A DNA stretch of 64,000 nt from Mobula hypostoma (GCF_963921235.1 NW_026948142.1:1-64000), one strand, 5' to 3'; shown: positions 42,256-53,958, numbered from the stretch's first letter. Notes: generated by a model from the sequence alone, not told the origin. Numbers and translations: made by a program.

Positions 42256-42443
42256 ATTTCCTCCAGGTGCTCCAGTTTCTACCCGCAGTCCAAAGATGTA
42301 CCAGTTAATGGTTAATTGGTTACTGTAAAAACAAATTGTCCTGTCATTTGTCTGATGTTAAATCAGTGGGTTGCCGAGTAGAGTGGCTTATTGGGGCTGA
42401 AAGCCCAGTTTCACACTGTACCTCTCAATAAATAAATGAATAA
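42256..42443 (+). mobile_element. V-SINE (HE1-like), 3' half
   Basis: V-domain atttcctccaggtgctccagtttctacccgcagtccaaaga continues directly from 40,257. Ends in an (AATA)n tail. Confidence 0.75.
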
Positions 42444-42468
42444 CACTGCACAGACACCAGAAGCTCAC

Positions 42469-42509
42469 CGCTGGTTTGTTTCCAACCTTGGCAACAAACT
42501 GAAATTTGT
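42469..42509 (-). other. Candidate 41-nt internal exon
   Basis: Minus strand reads ttcttctctaatctgtatacttttaag|ACAAAT...CAGCG|gtgagc, with a branch-like CTAAT and a strong donor. Open in all three frames; phase 2 gives QISVCCQGWKQTS. Confidence 0.35.
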
Positions 42510-42789
42510 CTTAAAAGTATACAGATTAGAGAAGAATCACTTTCTGTGAGACAGAATTGTGTATCATCCTGTCTTGATCTCATGAAAGAAATCAGACAGA
42601 ATACTGAAGAAGATGTCATGGAAGATCAGATGACCATTAGGTCAGCAAACTTTATCATTCAAATCCTGTTTCTAAAGTCTTTTTAACAAGTTCAATTATT
42701 TTAAATTTCCCTTTATCCAATTAAATTTAGTATGAAGAAATGAATCTCCAAGCTATCAAATCATGCACTGTGACATTTACAGGGTTTAC

Positions 42790-42902
42790 TGAAGAACCGG
42801 TCTGACAGTACATGAGGGGCATTTAACAGACTCTCAGATAGGTAATGCCTAGAAAGAAAATGGAGGTCTATGTGGGCCAAGTGGCCTCTACTGTTCTGTA
42901 CC
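42790..42902 (+). mobile_element. Degraded CR1 3'-end remnant
   Basis: gggcatttaacagactctcagatagg and gggccaagtggcct...ctgttctgtac resemble the CR1 ORF2 end and 3' UTR seen elsewhere in the window. Confidence 0.55.
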
Positions 42903-43138
42903 ATTAGTTTAATGAGTAGTTTCAAAGCTAACATTTTACCTTCGAAGACATGTTCCACTACACAAAACCAGCCTTCAGTAAAAAGCTCTTGGGTGAAACA
43001 CTGGGAGGAGAGGGAAAAAGTGGTACTAAATATCTACACCTGGTAGAAAGAAGTAAAAATAAGAGAATCCGAGTCCTTTCCCTGGTGAGAATACCAGATA
43101 CTAAAGGGAATAGCCTTATGGTGAAAGGAGTATTGAGG

Positions 43139-43350
43139 AACAGAGAGACATAGAGAACAACAGCATAGAAAGAGGCCATTTCAACTATCTAGTCCATGCT
43201 TAAAGCATTTAAATTGCCTGTTTCCATCAACCTGCACCAGGACCATAGCCCTCCATGCCCGTACTATCTATGTACCTACGCAAAATTTACTAAATGTTGA
43301 AATCAAGCTCGAATGCACCACCTGTGTCGGCAGCTCACTCCACCCTCTCA
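43139..43350 (-). mobile_element. CR1 3'-end fragment
   Basis: Minus-strand translation RVMRGWSELPTQVV (CR1 ORF2 C-terminus) and a tail-like tctatgtctct. Confidence 0.7.
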
Positions 43351-44922
43351 TGACCCTGGTACTTATTGTACACATTGGTACCAAAAACGTAGGTAGAAAA
43401 GAGGAGGAGTTCCTAAAAAAAGAATTCAAGGAGTTCGGAAGGAAGCTGAGAAGTAGGAACTCAAGGGTAGAAATCCCTGGATTACTGCCTGTCCCACACA
43501 ACAGTGAGGATAGGAATGGAATGAGATGGCAGATAAATGTGTGGCTGAAGAGTTGGAGCAGGGGCCAGGGATTCATGTTTCTCGATAATTGGAACCTCTT
43601 CTGGGGCAGCTGGAACCTGTATAAAAGTGATGGGTTGCACTTGAATCCGAGGAGCCAATATTCTTGCGGGCAGATTTACTAGTGCTGTTGGGAGTAGTTT
43701 AGACTAATATGGCAGGAGGATGGGAACCAGGATGATAGAGCTGAGGATGAGCCAGTAGGTTTACCAGTAGATGATGGGTGTAACGTGAATGTAAAGAAGG
43801 ACAAGCCAATGATTGGTTACAAATGCATACAGAGTAAAGAGTTAAATTGTAACACACAGGCAAAATTCGTAAGGGTGAAGAATACAGGACTGAGGGTGCT
43901 GCATTTAAATGCACATGGCATTCGGAATAAGGTGGATGAACTCGTGGTGCAATTACAGGTTGGTCAGTGTGACCTTGTGGGCGTCTCTGAGTTGTGGCTG
44001 AGAGAGAGCCATGTTGTGAGCTCAAGATCAAAGGATATACTTTGTATGAAAAGGACGAACAGGAAGGCCTAGGCAGTGGTGTGGTCCTGTTGTTAGGAGA
44101 TGGAATTGCATCTTTAGAAAGGGTTGACATAGGGTCAGAGAATGATGAATCTTTATAGGTGGAGTTAAGAAACTGCAACGGTAAAAAAGCCGTTATGGGA
44201 ATCATATATTGACCTCCAATTAGTAGCCAAGATGTGGGGCTAAGATTGCAAAGGGAGCTGGAAAAAGCATGTAATAGGGTCATGTTACAATTGTAATGGG
44301 GATTGGGAAAATCAGGTTGGTATCGAATCGCAAGAGAGAGAATTTGTTGAATGCCTACAAGATGGCTGGTGCTTGATCCTTCTTGGGGAAAGGTTGTCTC
44401 AGATTGGGTGTTGACTAATGACCCAGATCTTATGAGGGAGTTTAACGTAAAGGAACTCTTTGGAGGCAGTGATCATAATATGATTCAATTCCTATTGCAA
44501 TTTGAGAGGAAGAAACACAAGTCACATGTGTCAGTATCACAATGGAATAAAGGGAATTACAAAGTCATGAGAGAGGAGCTTGCCCCAGTGGACTGGTGGA
44601 GGACGACGGCAGAGAAGAAGGGTCTGGCATTTCAGGGAATAGTTTACAAGGCATAGAAGGTAGCAAAAGTGAGTGGGAAGTTTTAAAATCCAACCATAGG
44701 CAACTAAAAAAATTATTAGAGAAAAGATTAATATGACTAGCTAGGACACTGAAAGCTTTTTCAATTATATAAAAAGTAAAAGGGAGGTAAGTCTTCATAT
44801 TGGGCCATTGGAAAATGATGCTGGTCAGGGAGTAATAGAGGACAAAGAAATGGCTAATAGGTACTTTACATCAGACTTCACTGGGGAAGACACTAGCAGT
44901 GTACAAGAGGTCCATGAATGTT

Positions 44923-45240
44923 ATAGAAACATAGAAAACATACAGCACAATACAGGCCCTTCGGCCCACAAAGCTGTGCCAAACATGTCCCTACCTTAGA
45001 ACTACCTAGGCTTTGACCATAGCCCTCTATTCTTCTAAGCCATGTAGCCATTCAGGAGTCTCTTAAAAGACCCTATCGTTTCCGCTTCCATCACCGCTGC
45101 CGGCAGCCCATTGCACGCACTCACCACTCTCTGCGTAAAAAACTTACCCCTGATATCTCCTCTGTACCTACTTCCAAGGACCTTAAAACTGTGCCCTCTC
45201 ATGCTAGCCAATTCAGCCCTGGTGCTAGCCAGTTCAGTCC
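44923..45240 (-). mobile_element. CR1 3'-end fragment inserted antisense in the older CR1
   Basis: Reverse complement has the GGGCCGAAGGGCC stem-loop and a (TTTCTATG)n tail. Host sequence rejoins as catgaatgt/cggagagcagg. Confidence 0.85.
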
Positions 45241-45649
45241 TGTCGGAGAGCAGGAGTGAGTGCCATTGTTATTATGAAGAAAAAAGCACTGGCAAACTGA
45301 AAGGTTTTTAGGTGGATAAGTCACCTGGACCAGATGGAATACATCTCAGAGTCCTGAGAAAGGTTTGAAGGGATAACAAATGCATTGGTCATGATCTTTC
45401 AAGAATCACTGTCATGGTCCCAGAGGACTGGAAGGTTGCAAATGTCACTCCACTCTTTAAGAAAGGAGGATGGTAAATGAAAGGAAATCGTAGGCTAGTT
45501 ACCCTAACCTCAGTGGTTGGGAAAGTGTTGGAGTCTGTTATTAAGGATGAAGTTTTGGGGTACTTAGATTAGATTAGATTATGAGGACACTCAGTCCTCG
45601 TTTATTGTCATTTAGAAATGCATGCATTAAAAATTGATACAACATTCCA

Positions 45650-46591
45650 TTTTGGAATGGGGTGGTAAATTGGATGAGTAAGTATGCAGATGATACTAAG
45701 ATAGGTGGTGTTGTGGATAATGAAGTAGGTTTTCAAAGCTTGCAGAGAGATTTAGGCCAGCTCGAAGAGTGGGCTGAAAGATGGCAGATAGAGTTTAATG
45801 CTGATAAATGTGAGGTGCTACATTTTGGTAGGACTAATCAAAATAGGACATACATGGTAAATGGTAGGGCATTGAAGAATGCAGTAGAACAGAGGGATCT
45901 AGGAATAATGGTGCATAGTTCCCTGAAGGTGGAATCTCATGTGGATAGGGTGGTGAAGAAAGCTTTTGGTATGCTGGCCTTTATAAGTCAGAGCATTGAG
46001 TATAGGAGTTGGGATGTAATGTTGAAATTGTACAAGGCATTGGTAAGGCCAAATTTGGAGCATTGTGTACAGTTCTGGTCACCAAATTATAGGAAAGATC
46101 TCAACAAAATTGAGAGAGTACAGAGAAGATTTACTAGAATGTTACCTGGATTTCATCTCCTAAGTCACAGAGAAAGGTTGAACAAGTTGTGTCTTTATTC
46201 CTTGGAGCGTAGAATGTTGAGGGAGGACTTGATAGAGGTATTTAAAATTATGAGGGGGAGAGATAGAGTTGATATGGATAGGCTTTTTCCATTGAGAGTG
46301 GGGGAGATTCAAACAAGAGGACATGAGTTGAGAGTTAAAGGGCAAAAGTTTAGGTGTAATATGAGAGGGAACTTCTTTACTCAGAGAGTGGTAGCTGTGT
46401 GGAACGAGCTTCCAGCAGAAGCGGTTGAGGCAGGTTCGATGTTGTCATTTAAAGTAAAATTGAATAGCTATATGGACAGGAAAGGAATGGAGGGTTATGG
46501 GCTGAGTGCAGGTCGGTGGGACGCGGTGAGAGTAAGGGTTCGGCGAGATGGCCTGTTTCCGTGCTGTAATTGTTATATGGTTATATATGGT
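45650..46591 (+). mobile_element. 5'-truncated CR1 LINE with an uninterrupted RT C-terminal segment
   Basis: ORF 45662-46657: KYADDTKIGG, FNADKCEVLHFG, LYKALVRPNLE, FFTQRVV. Tail gttatatggttatatatgg. Confidence 0.95.
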
Positions 46592-47140
46592 TCCTCCAGA
46601 AAGATATCACAAAAAAACACAGGACAAACCAAGACTAAAACTGACAAAACTACATAATTATAACATATAGTTACAACAGTGCAAAGCAATACCGTAATTT
46701 GATAAAGAGCAGTCCATGGGCACGGTAAAAAAAAGTCTCAAAGTCCCGAAAGACTCACCATCTCACGCAGGCGGCAGAAGGGAGAAACTCTCCCTGCCAT
46801 GAACCTCCAAGCGCCACCAACTCGCCGATGCAGCACCGTTGGAAGCAGCCGGCCGCAGTGGACTTTGAATCCGTCTGAAAACTTCGAGCCTCCGACCAGT
46901 CCTTCCGACACAGCCTCTCCAAGCACCATCCTCTGCCGAGCGCTTCGACCCCGCCCCAGCCACCGAGCAACAAGCAAAGCTGAGGACTCAGGGCCTTCTC
47001 CTCCGGAGATTCTGGACCACACAGTAGCAGTGGCAGCGAAGCAGGCATTTCAGAAGTTTCACCAGATGTTCCTCCGTGCTCTCACGTCTGTCTCCATCAA
47101 ATCAGGATTGTGCACGGCACCCTACTTGACAAATAATGGA

Positions 47141-47850
47141 TATAAGGGGGTTTCGATTTTTATGTTACTGCGAAGGCTAATTAAAATGGTGTCTTTGTTA
47201 TGTTAATCTGGGGAATGCGGCTTTGTTGTGTTAAACACTGAGAAAGTTTGCGCTAGCAGCTTGTTTTTGCTTTAGAGTCTGTTAAGAGAGTGCTATTAAC
47301 CAATTAGGATAGTTGTTATGGTTTTGGTTTACTTGAAGATACTGTATGCGGGGGGTTTTGGGGGAGAAGGCGGGAGAGCGAAACAGAGGATGGACGAGGT
47401 GCTGTGAGTCGGCTAATGGGGTCGGACCCCGAGCGGGGGAGTCGGACCCCGAGCGGGACGTTCGGCGAGGAGACGGAGATGGACTCGTGTGGAGCGTCTG
47501 GTCGACCACCGTTGTTAGTCCCAGGCGGCCAGTTGAGGTGGTCTGAGGGGTCGCAGGGTGAAGAAGAAGGTCCTTGAGCTCCAACTGTTTGTGCACGAAG
47601 AGATTGGACTTTGATAAGTGTGGTGCCTTTTATTTTCCTTTTATATTTTATTCTCTTTTAATTATATAGTTCCAGTAATATCTATAAACTGTAAATCATT
47701 TAATTGCACCTGGTGTATTGTCTGTTATTTGGGCGGGGTGGGGTACATCACACAGCATCCACACAAACTATTACCCAGTTTGGCGGGGCCGAGGCTGTTT
47801 CTCTAGACGACAGCGAGCCGAGCAACCCTGAGGGTGGCCGGGGGACTACA
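47141..47850 (-). mobile_element. Solo LTR, 710 bp (Gypsy or ERV type)
   Basis: 4-bp TSD TGGA at 47,137-47,140 and 47,851-47,854. Termini TATAAG...CTACA (TG...CA with one substitution). AATAAA motifs on the minus strand near 47,630-47,652. Internal 20-bp tandem duplication at 47,418-47,457. Confidence 0.8.
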
Positions 47851-49039
47851 TGGACATCACCACCAGAGTGGCCGCTTTGAGCTGCGTCATGCCGCCATCT
47901 TCTCCTCCTGCCTGATTATTTCATTACAGGAAAGATACTGGCATGGATAGAGGAATGGCTGACAGGCAGGAGGCAGTGAGTGGGAATAAAGGGAGCCTTT
48001 TCTGGTTTGCTGCCAGTGACTAGTGCTGTTCCTCAGGAGTCAGTTTTGAGATTGCTACTTTTCGCATTGTTTGTTAATGATTTAGATAATGGAATTGAGA
48101 ACGTTCTGGCAAAGTCTCCTGATGATACAAAGTTAGGTGGAGGGGTAGGTAGTGCTGTCGAAGCAAGGTGATTGCAGCAGGACTTAGACAAATTGGAAGA
48201 ATGTGCAAAAAAGACTGACTGATCAAATATAGTGTTGGGAAATGTATGATAATGCATTTTGCTGAAAGGAACAATAGTGCGGACTATTATCTAAATGGAG
48301 AGGAGGTCAAAACATCAGAGGTGCAGAAGGACTTAGGAGTCCTCGTGCAAGACTGGAAGGTTAATTTTTAGACATTTATTTCAAGAGAATTAGGATATAA
48401 AAGCAAGGAGGTAATGCTGAGCCTTTACAAGACACTAGTCAGGTCACACTTGGAGTATTGTCAACAGTTTTGGGCATCATAGCTCAGAAAGGATGTGTTG
48501 TCATTGGAGAGAGTCCAGAGGAGGTTCACGAGGATGATTCTGGGAATGAAGGGGTTAACATATGGCAGATTTGGGCCTGTACTCACTGGAGTTTAGAAGA
48601 ATGTGGGGGGATCTCATTGAAACCATCTGAATGTTGAAAGGACTACACAGGGTGGATGTGGAGAGGATGTTTCCTGCGGTGGGGGTATTTAGAACTATAG
48701 GGCACAGCCTTGAAATTGAGGGGCAACCTTTTAGAATAGAGGTAAGCAGGAATTTCTGAGTGAGGAAGTTTCCCCTCGTATCCTCCTTAAATTTTTAACC
48801 TCTTACCCTTAACCCACGACCTCTGGTTGTTGTGCCACCCAACCTCAGTGGAAAAGTCTGCTTGTATGTACCCTATCTATACACCTCATAATTTTGTATA
48901 GTTCTATCAAATCTCCTTTCAATCTTCTATGTTCTAGAACCTATTCAATCCTTCCATATAACTTAGGTCCATCAAATGCAGCAAGCTTGTAAATTTTCTC
49001 TGTACTTTTTCAACCTTATTTACATCTTTCCTGCAAGTA

Positions 49040-49193
49040 CAGGTCGACCTTCACTAATCTGACTACCTGTAATCCGGTTCCTTCGATAATCTGGCACTGA
49101 TTATGCTTAATGTGATCCTTCTGTAATTTGGCATTTTCACTAATCCGGCACTCCTCAGGTCCCAATGGTGCTGGATTAGTGAAGGTCGACCTG
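49040..49193. mobile_element. 154-bp MITE of Tc1/mariner-pogo (Tigger-like) type
   Basis: Perfect 20-bp TIRs CAGGTCGACCTTCACTAATC / GATTAGTGAAGGTCGACCTG, TA duplicated at 49,038-49,039 and 49,194-49,195, internal TAATCCGG-like repeats. Confidence 0.93.
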
Positions 49194-49851
49194 TAGCTGA
49201 CCAAATCTGCACAGAATTCTCCAAATTAGGCCTCGCCAATGTCTTATACAACTTCAACATAACATTCCATCTTCTGTACTGAGTAATTTCATTTATGAGG
49301 GCCAACGTGCCAAAAGTTTTCTTTATGCCCCTATCTACCTGTGACACCACTTTCAATGATTTGTGGATTTATATTCCCAGATCCCTTTTTCTACCACACT
49401 CCTGAGGGCCCTACCGTTCACTGTGTAAGGCCTACCCTGGTTGGACCTACTGAAGTGCAAAATCTCACACTTGTCTGCATTAAATTCCATCTGCCATTAT
49501 TCAGACCACTGATCCAGCTGATGCAGACCCCTCTGCAAGTTATGATAGCATTCCTCACTGTCCACTACACCTCCAATCCTGATGTCAAAACATAGAATAG
49601 TACAGCACAGTACAGGCCCTTCGGCCCACATTGTTGTGTCGACCCTCAAACCCTGCTCCCATATAACCCCCCCACCTTAAAATCCTCCATATACCTGTCT
49701 AGTAGTATCTTAAATTTCACTAGTGTATCTGCCTCCACCACTGACTCAGGCAGTGTATTCCACGCACCAACCACTCTGAGTAAAAAACCTTCTCTATTAT
49801 CCCCCTTGAACTTCAAGCCCCTTACCTTAAAGCCATGTCCCCTTGTATTGA

Positions 49852-50001
49852 AGCAACACACATCAAGGTTGCTGGTGAACGCAGCAGACTGTATCACTAG
49901 GAAGAGGTACAGTCGATGTTTCAGGTCAAGACCCTTCATCAGGACCAGCAACTTTGATGTGAGTTGCTTGAATTTCCAGCATCTGCAGAATTCCTCGTGT
50001 T
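49852..50001. mobile_element. 150-bp Penelope-like terminal (pLTR-only) insertion with inverted arms
   Basis: 14-bp TSD TCCCCTTGTATTGA at 49,838-49,851 and 50,002-50,015. 25-bp inverted repeat at 49,852-49,876 / 49,944-49,968. Homologous to 59,690-59,785. Confidence 0.88.
49911..49946 (-). ncRNA. Minimal type I hammerhead ribozyme motif, degenerate
   Basis: Minus strand: ggtc CTGATGA a gggtcttgacct GAAA catc gact. The stem III palindrome ACGT is mutated to ACAT. Confidence 0.7.
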
Positions 50002-50904
50002 TCCCCTTGTATTGAGCAGTGGTGCCCTGGGGAAGAGGCACTAGCTGTCCACTCTATCTATTCCTCTTAATATCTTGTATACCTCTATCATGTCTCCTCT
50101 CATCCTCCTCTCCAAAGAGTAAAGCCCTAGCTCCCTTAATCTCTGATCATAATGCATACTCTCTAAACCAGGCAGCATCCTGGTAAATCCCCTCTGTACC
50201 CTTTCCAATGCTTCCACATCCTTCCTATAGTGAGGCAACCAGAACTGGACACAGTACTCCAAGCATGGCCTAACCAGAGTTTTATAGAGCTGCATCATTA
50301 CCTCGCGACTCTTAAGCTCTATCCCCCGACTTACGAAAGGTAACACCCCATAAGCTTTCTTAACTACCCTATCCACCTGTGAGGCAACTTTCAGGGATCT
50401 GTGGACATGTACCCCGAGATCCCTCTGATCCTCCACACTACCAAGTATCCTGCCATTTACTTTGTACTCTGCCTTGGAGTTTGTCCTTCCAAAGTGTACC
50501 ACCTCACACTTCTCCGGGTTGAACTCCATCTGCCACTTCTCAGCTCACTTCATCCACAAATTTGCTGATCCAGTTTACTACATTATCATCCAGATCATTG
50601 ATATAGATGACAAACAACAGACCAGGCAGTAATCCTTGCACATACCACTAGTGACAGGCCTCCAGTCAGAGAGGCAACTATTTACTGCCATTCTCTGACG
50701 CCAAAAAGTCAACATCTAATCTAATTTATTATTTCATCTTGAATACCAATTGACTATACCTTCCTGACCGATCTTCCATGCAGGACCTTGTCAAATTCCT
50801 TGTCCATGTAGACAACATCCACTGTCTTTCCTGGTAACTTCCTCAAAAACCTCTAAAAGATTGGTTGGACATGACCTAAGCTGAAAATCCTTTATCAGTC
50901 CTTA

Positions 50905-50938
50905 TGTATTCAGAATCAGAATCAGGTTTCTTATCACC
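50905..50938 (-). mobile_element. 3' tail of a Rex1/Babar or L2-type LINE
   Basis: Minus strand ggtgataagaaacc followed by (TGATTC)n. Confidence 0.55.
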
Positions 50939-51225
50939 TAAAATAGGAATCGCTAGCCCAAATTGGTTAAGATCAAAAAATTTTCTGAATTGAAACCAAA
51001 TACGTAAGGTATATTTAACTATCAGGTTAGATACCTGTTTGAGGCGTTTCAAATCAAAAGGAAGAGAGGAACCTAAAATAGAGCCAAGTGTATAGCCCTG
51101 AACAGATTGTAATTCCAATGCCACCCATTTAGGAATGGATAGTATATCCTGGTCAAGTAACCAAAATTTCATATGTCGAATATTAATTGCCCAATAATAA
51201 AATCTAAAGTTGGGTAATGCTAATT
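50939..51225 (-). mobile_element. L1-clade ORF2 fragment (post-RT region)
   Basis: Minus ORF 50876-51241: LALPNFRFYYWA...IVKYTLRIWFQFRK, matching the GGL.LP.F..YY.A motif of vertebrate L1 ORF2. Confidence 0.8.
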
Positions 51226-51495
51226 GGAGTAGCCCCTCCATACCAGACAGTGGTGCAGACTGTCAGAATGCTCACACTGTACATCTATAGAAGCTTTTGA
51301 GTGTATTTGATGACGTGCCAAATTTCTTCAAACTCCGTATGAATTATAGTCACTGACTTGCCTTCTTTATAACTGCATCAATGTGTTGAGACCAGGTGAG
51401 ATCCTCAGAGATCTTGACACCCAGAAACTTGAAATGCTCACTCTCTCCACTTCTGATCCCTCTATGAGAATGGGTATGTGTTCCTTCGTCCTTAC
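51226..51495 (-). mobile_element. Rex1/Babar LINE RT fragment (3' part)
   Basis: Manual minus-strand translation (with a frameshift) EVERVS/FKFLGVKISEDLTWSQHIDAVIKKASQ. Continues at 57,334. Confidence 0.8.
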
Positions 51496-52760
51496 AGACA
51501 AGAGTTTAAACTAGAATTACTGGGGGGGTGGGAACGGAACTGTAGAGACGGAGGAAGGAGCGGTTCGCCCACCAATAGAGAAAGCTTGTAAGTATTGTGA
51601 GAGGGAGGATAGGCAGGTGAAAGAGGAGGGATACACTCAGATTGATGGTTTGAGATGTGTCTATTTTAATGCAAGGAGTATCATAAACAAAACGGATGAG
51701 CTTAGAGCGTGGATCAGTACTTGGATCTATGATGTTGTGGCCACTACAGAGGCTTGGATCGCTCAGGGGCAGGAATGGTTATCTTGAGTGCCAGGCTTTA
51801 GATGTTTCAGAAAGGACAGGGAGGAAGGCAAAAGAGGTGAAAACGTGGCACTGTTGATCAGAGATAGAGTCACGGCTGCAGAAAAGGAGTACGTCATGGA
51901 GGGATTGTCCACTGAGTCTCTGTGGGTGGAAATTAGAAATAGGAAGGGGTCAATAACTCTACTGGGTGTTTTTTGTAGACCACCCAATAGTAACAGGGAC
52001 ATCGAAGAGCAGATAGGGAGACAGATTCTGGAAAGGTGCAATAATAACAGGGTTGTCGTGGTGGGAGATTTTAATTTCCCAAATATTGATTGGCATTTCC
52101 CTAGAGCAAGGGGTTTAGATGGGGTGGAGTTTGTTAGGTGTGTTCCGGCAGGTTTCTTGACACAATATATAGATAAGCCTACAAGAAGAGAGGTTATATT
52201 GGATCTGGTATTGGGAAATGAACCTGGTCAGGTGTCAGATCTCTCAATGGGAAAGCATTTTGGAGATAGTAATCACAATTCTATCTCCTTTACCATAGCA
52301 TTGGAGAGGAATAGGAACAGACAAGTTAGGAAAGCATTTAGTTGAAGTAAGGGGAAATATGATGCTATCAGGCAGGAACTTGGAAGCATAACTTAGGAAC
52401 AGATGTTCTCAGGGAAATGTACGGAAGAAACGTGACAAACGTTCAGGGGATATTTGCGTGGTGTTCTGCACAGGTATGTTCCAATGAGACAGGGAAAGGA
52501 TGGTAGGGTACAGGAACCGTGGTGTACAAAGGCTGCTGAAAATCTAGTCAAGAAGAAAAGAAAAGCTTCCGAAAGGCTCAAAAAGCTAGGTAATGATAGA
52601 GATCTAGAAGATTGTAAAACCAGCAGGAAGAAGATTAAGAATGAAATTAGGAGAGCCAGACGGAGACATGAGAAGGCGAGCAGGATTAAAGAAAACCCCA
52701 AGGCATTCTGCAAGTATGTGAAAAGCAAAAGGATCAGATGTCAGAGAATAGGACCAATCA
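51496..52760 (+). mobile_element. CR1 LINE, ORF2 APE endonuclease part (its 3' end lies at 56,933-57,333)
   Basis: VYFNARS, ORF 51788-52345 VVGDFNFPNIDW, ILDLVLGNE, SNHN. CTTAC is duplicated at 51,491-51,495 and 57,334-57,338. Confidence 0.9.
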
Positions 52761-53015
52761 TGCCGTTGATTAGAGAATCAAGATTTGAATAGCTCAGACT
52801 CAGCAGAAAGCAGCTGATTGGGCAGTCGAGGTCAGGTGACCAAACATTTTGAAAAGCTCAAACAGATAAATAGAGGGATAGCTCAAGTGAAGCAGCTAGT
52901 GGAAAGCGGCCAGTGCGTGAGTGGGCCAGTGAAGGAGTGGAGCTTTGAGGCTTTGACTCGAGAGGCTTCAACGAGAAGAGGCGGAGGACAAGCGAGCTCG
53001 CAGTTAGTTTTTACA

Positions 53016-53958
53016 ATGTCTCCTGAGATGGTGATGTGCCTCTCATGTGAGATGTGGCAGTCTTGGGGGAACGCCCCTCTCCCGCAGAGTCACATCTGCC
53101 AGAAGTGCATACGGCTGGGCGATCTGGAAGACCGTGTAAAGAATCTGGAGCAGCAGCTGGGTGACCTTCGACTCATAAAGGAGAATGAGGCAGTCATAGA
53201 TTTGAGCTACAGGGAGGTAGTCACACCTAGGCTGTCGGAAGCAGGTCGTTTGGTGACAGTCAGAGGGGGGAAAGCGAAGGTGAGCAGACAGGTAGTGCAG
53301 AGCACCCCTGTAGCCATTCCCCTGAATAATAAGTTTACCATCCTGGATACTGTTGGTGGGGACGACTGACCAGGTGTGAGCCACGGTGGCAGGGCCTCCG
53401 GCGCTGAGTCTGACCCTGTGGTGCAGAAGGGTGGGATGGAGAAGAGGAGAGCTGTCGTCATTAGAGACTCTATATTCAGGGGAGCAGACAGGAGATTTTG
53501 TGAACGTGAGAAGGACACCCGCATGGTTTGTTGCCTCCCGGGTGCCAGGGTCCGGGATGTCTCTGACCGGGTGCACGACATCCTGGTACGAGAGGGTAAG
53601 CAACCAGAAGTCGTGATACATGTTGGGACCAACGACATAGGCAGGAAGAGGGATGAGGTCCTGAAGTGTGAGTTTCGGGAATTAGGCAGAAGGCTGAAGA
53701 ACAGGACCTCAAGGGTGATGTTCTCAGGATTGCTGCCAGTGCTACGTGACAGTGATGGTAAGAATTGGAGGAGATGGCAGTTGAATTCGTGGCTGAGGAG
53801 TTGGTGCAGGGAGCAGGGTTTTGGATTTTTGGATCATTGGGATCTCTTCTGGGGAAGGTGGGACCTGTACAGATTGGATGGGTTGCACCTGAACTCGAGG
53901 GGGAGAAATTATCATTGCAGGTAGGTTTGCTAGCATGGTTTGGGAGGGTTTAAACTAA
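53016..53958 (+). pseudogene. CR1 ORF1 (zinc finger / coiled coil plus SGNH esterase), disrupted
   Basis: MSPEMVMCLSCEMW...CQKC, LEDRVKNLEQQL, VIRDSIFRG, CLPGARVRDV, IHVGTNDI, DGLHLN. In-frame TGA at 53,367 and a 1-nt insertion near 53,910. Restored end AGRFASMVWEGLN*. Confidence 0.9.

Larger units (their letters stand above)
45564..47908 (-). mobile_element. Non-autonomous LINE-mobilised element (GC-rich head, Rex/L2-type tail), split by a CR1 and a solo LTR
   Basis: On the minus strand it starts AGGAGGAGAAGATGGCGGC and ends ...ACAATAAAC...(AATCT)3. The sequence is continuous across both inserts (caacattcc/tccagaaag and aataatgga/catcacc). No coding homology. Confidence 0.6.
43352..48757 (+). 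mobile_element. Old CR1 LINE (ORF1 esterase end, APE endonuclease, RT), interrupted by several insertions
   Basis: HIGTKNVGR...DGLHLNP (SGNH esterase) at 43,350-43,682, LHLNAHGIRNK (APE) near 43,900, SDHNMI, ENDAG. RT resumes at about 47,920 with VPQESVL and KSPDDTK. Many stops and frameshifts. Confidence 0.9.
49588..50551 (-). mobile_element. 5'-truncated CR1 of the same subfamily as the long copy at 52.8-56.9 kb
   Basis: ORF 50041-50529 MEFNPEKCEVVHFGRTNSKAEYKVN nearly identical to 56159-56362. 3' UTR with GGGCCGAAGGGCC and a CTATTCTATG tail. Confidence 0.95.
48758..50877 (-). mobile_element. CR1 LINE (RT region), host to a MITE and a younger CR1
   Basis: Minus ORF 49063-49356 LYKTLARPNLEN. 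The host rejoins at cctgatgtca/tccacaaatttgc. A more 5' part (NYRPVSLTSVV) appears at 57,490-57,770. Confidence 0.85.

Noticed and set aside
46738..47806. Overlapping GC-rich ORFs
   Set aside because: They lie in a non-autonomous element and a solo LTR, have low-complexity composition and show no gag/pol motifs.
52828..52841. Estrogen-response-element-like AGGTCAggTGACC in the CR1 5' UTR
   Set aside because: The spacer is 2 nt rather than 3, it is a single short motif, and there is no functional evidence.
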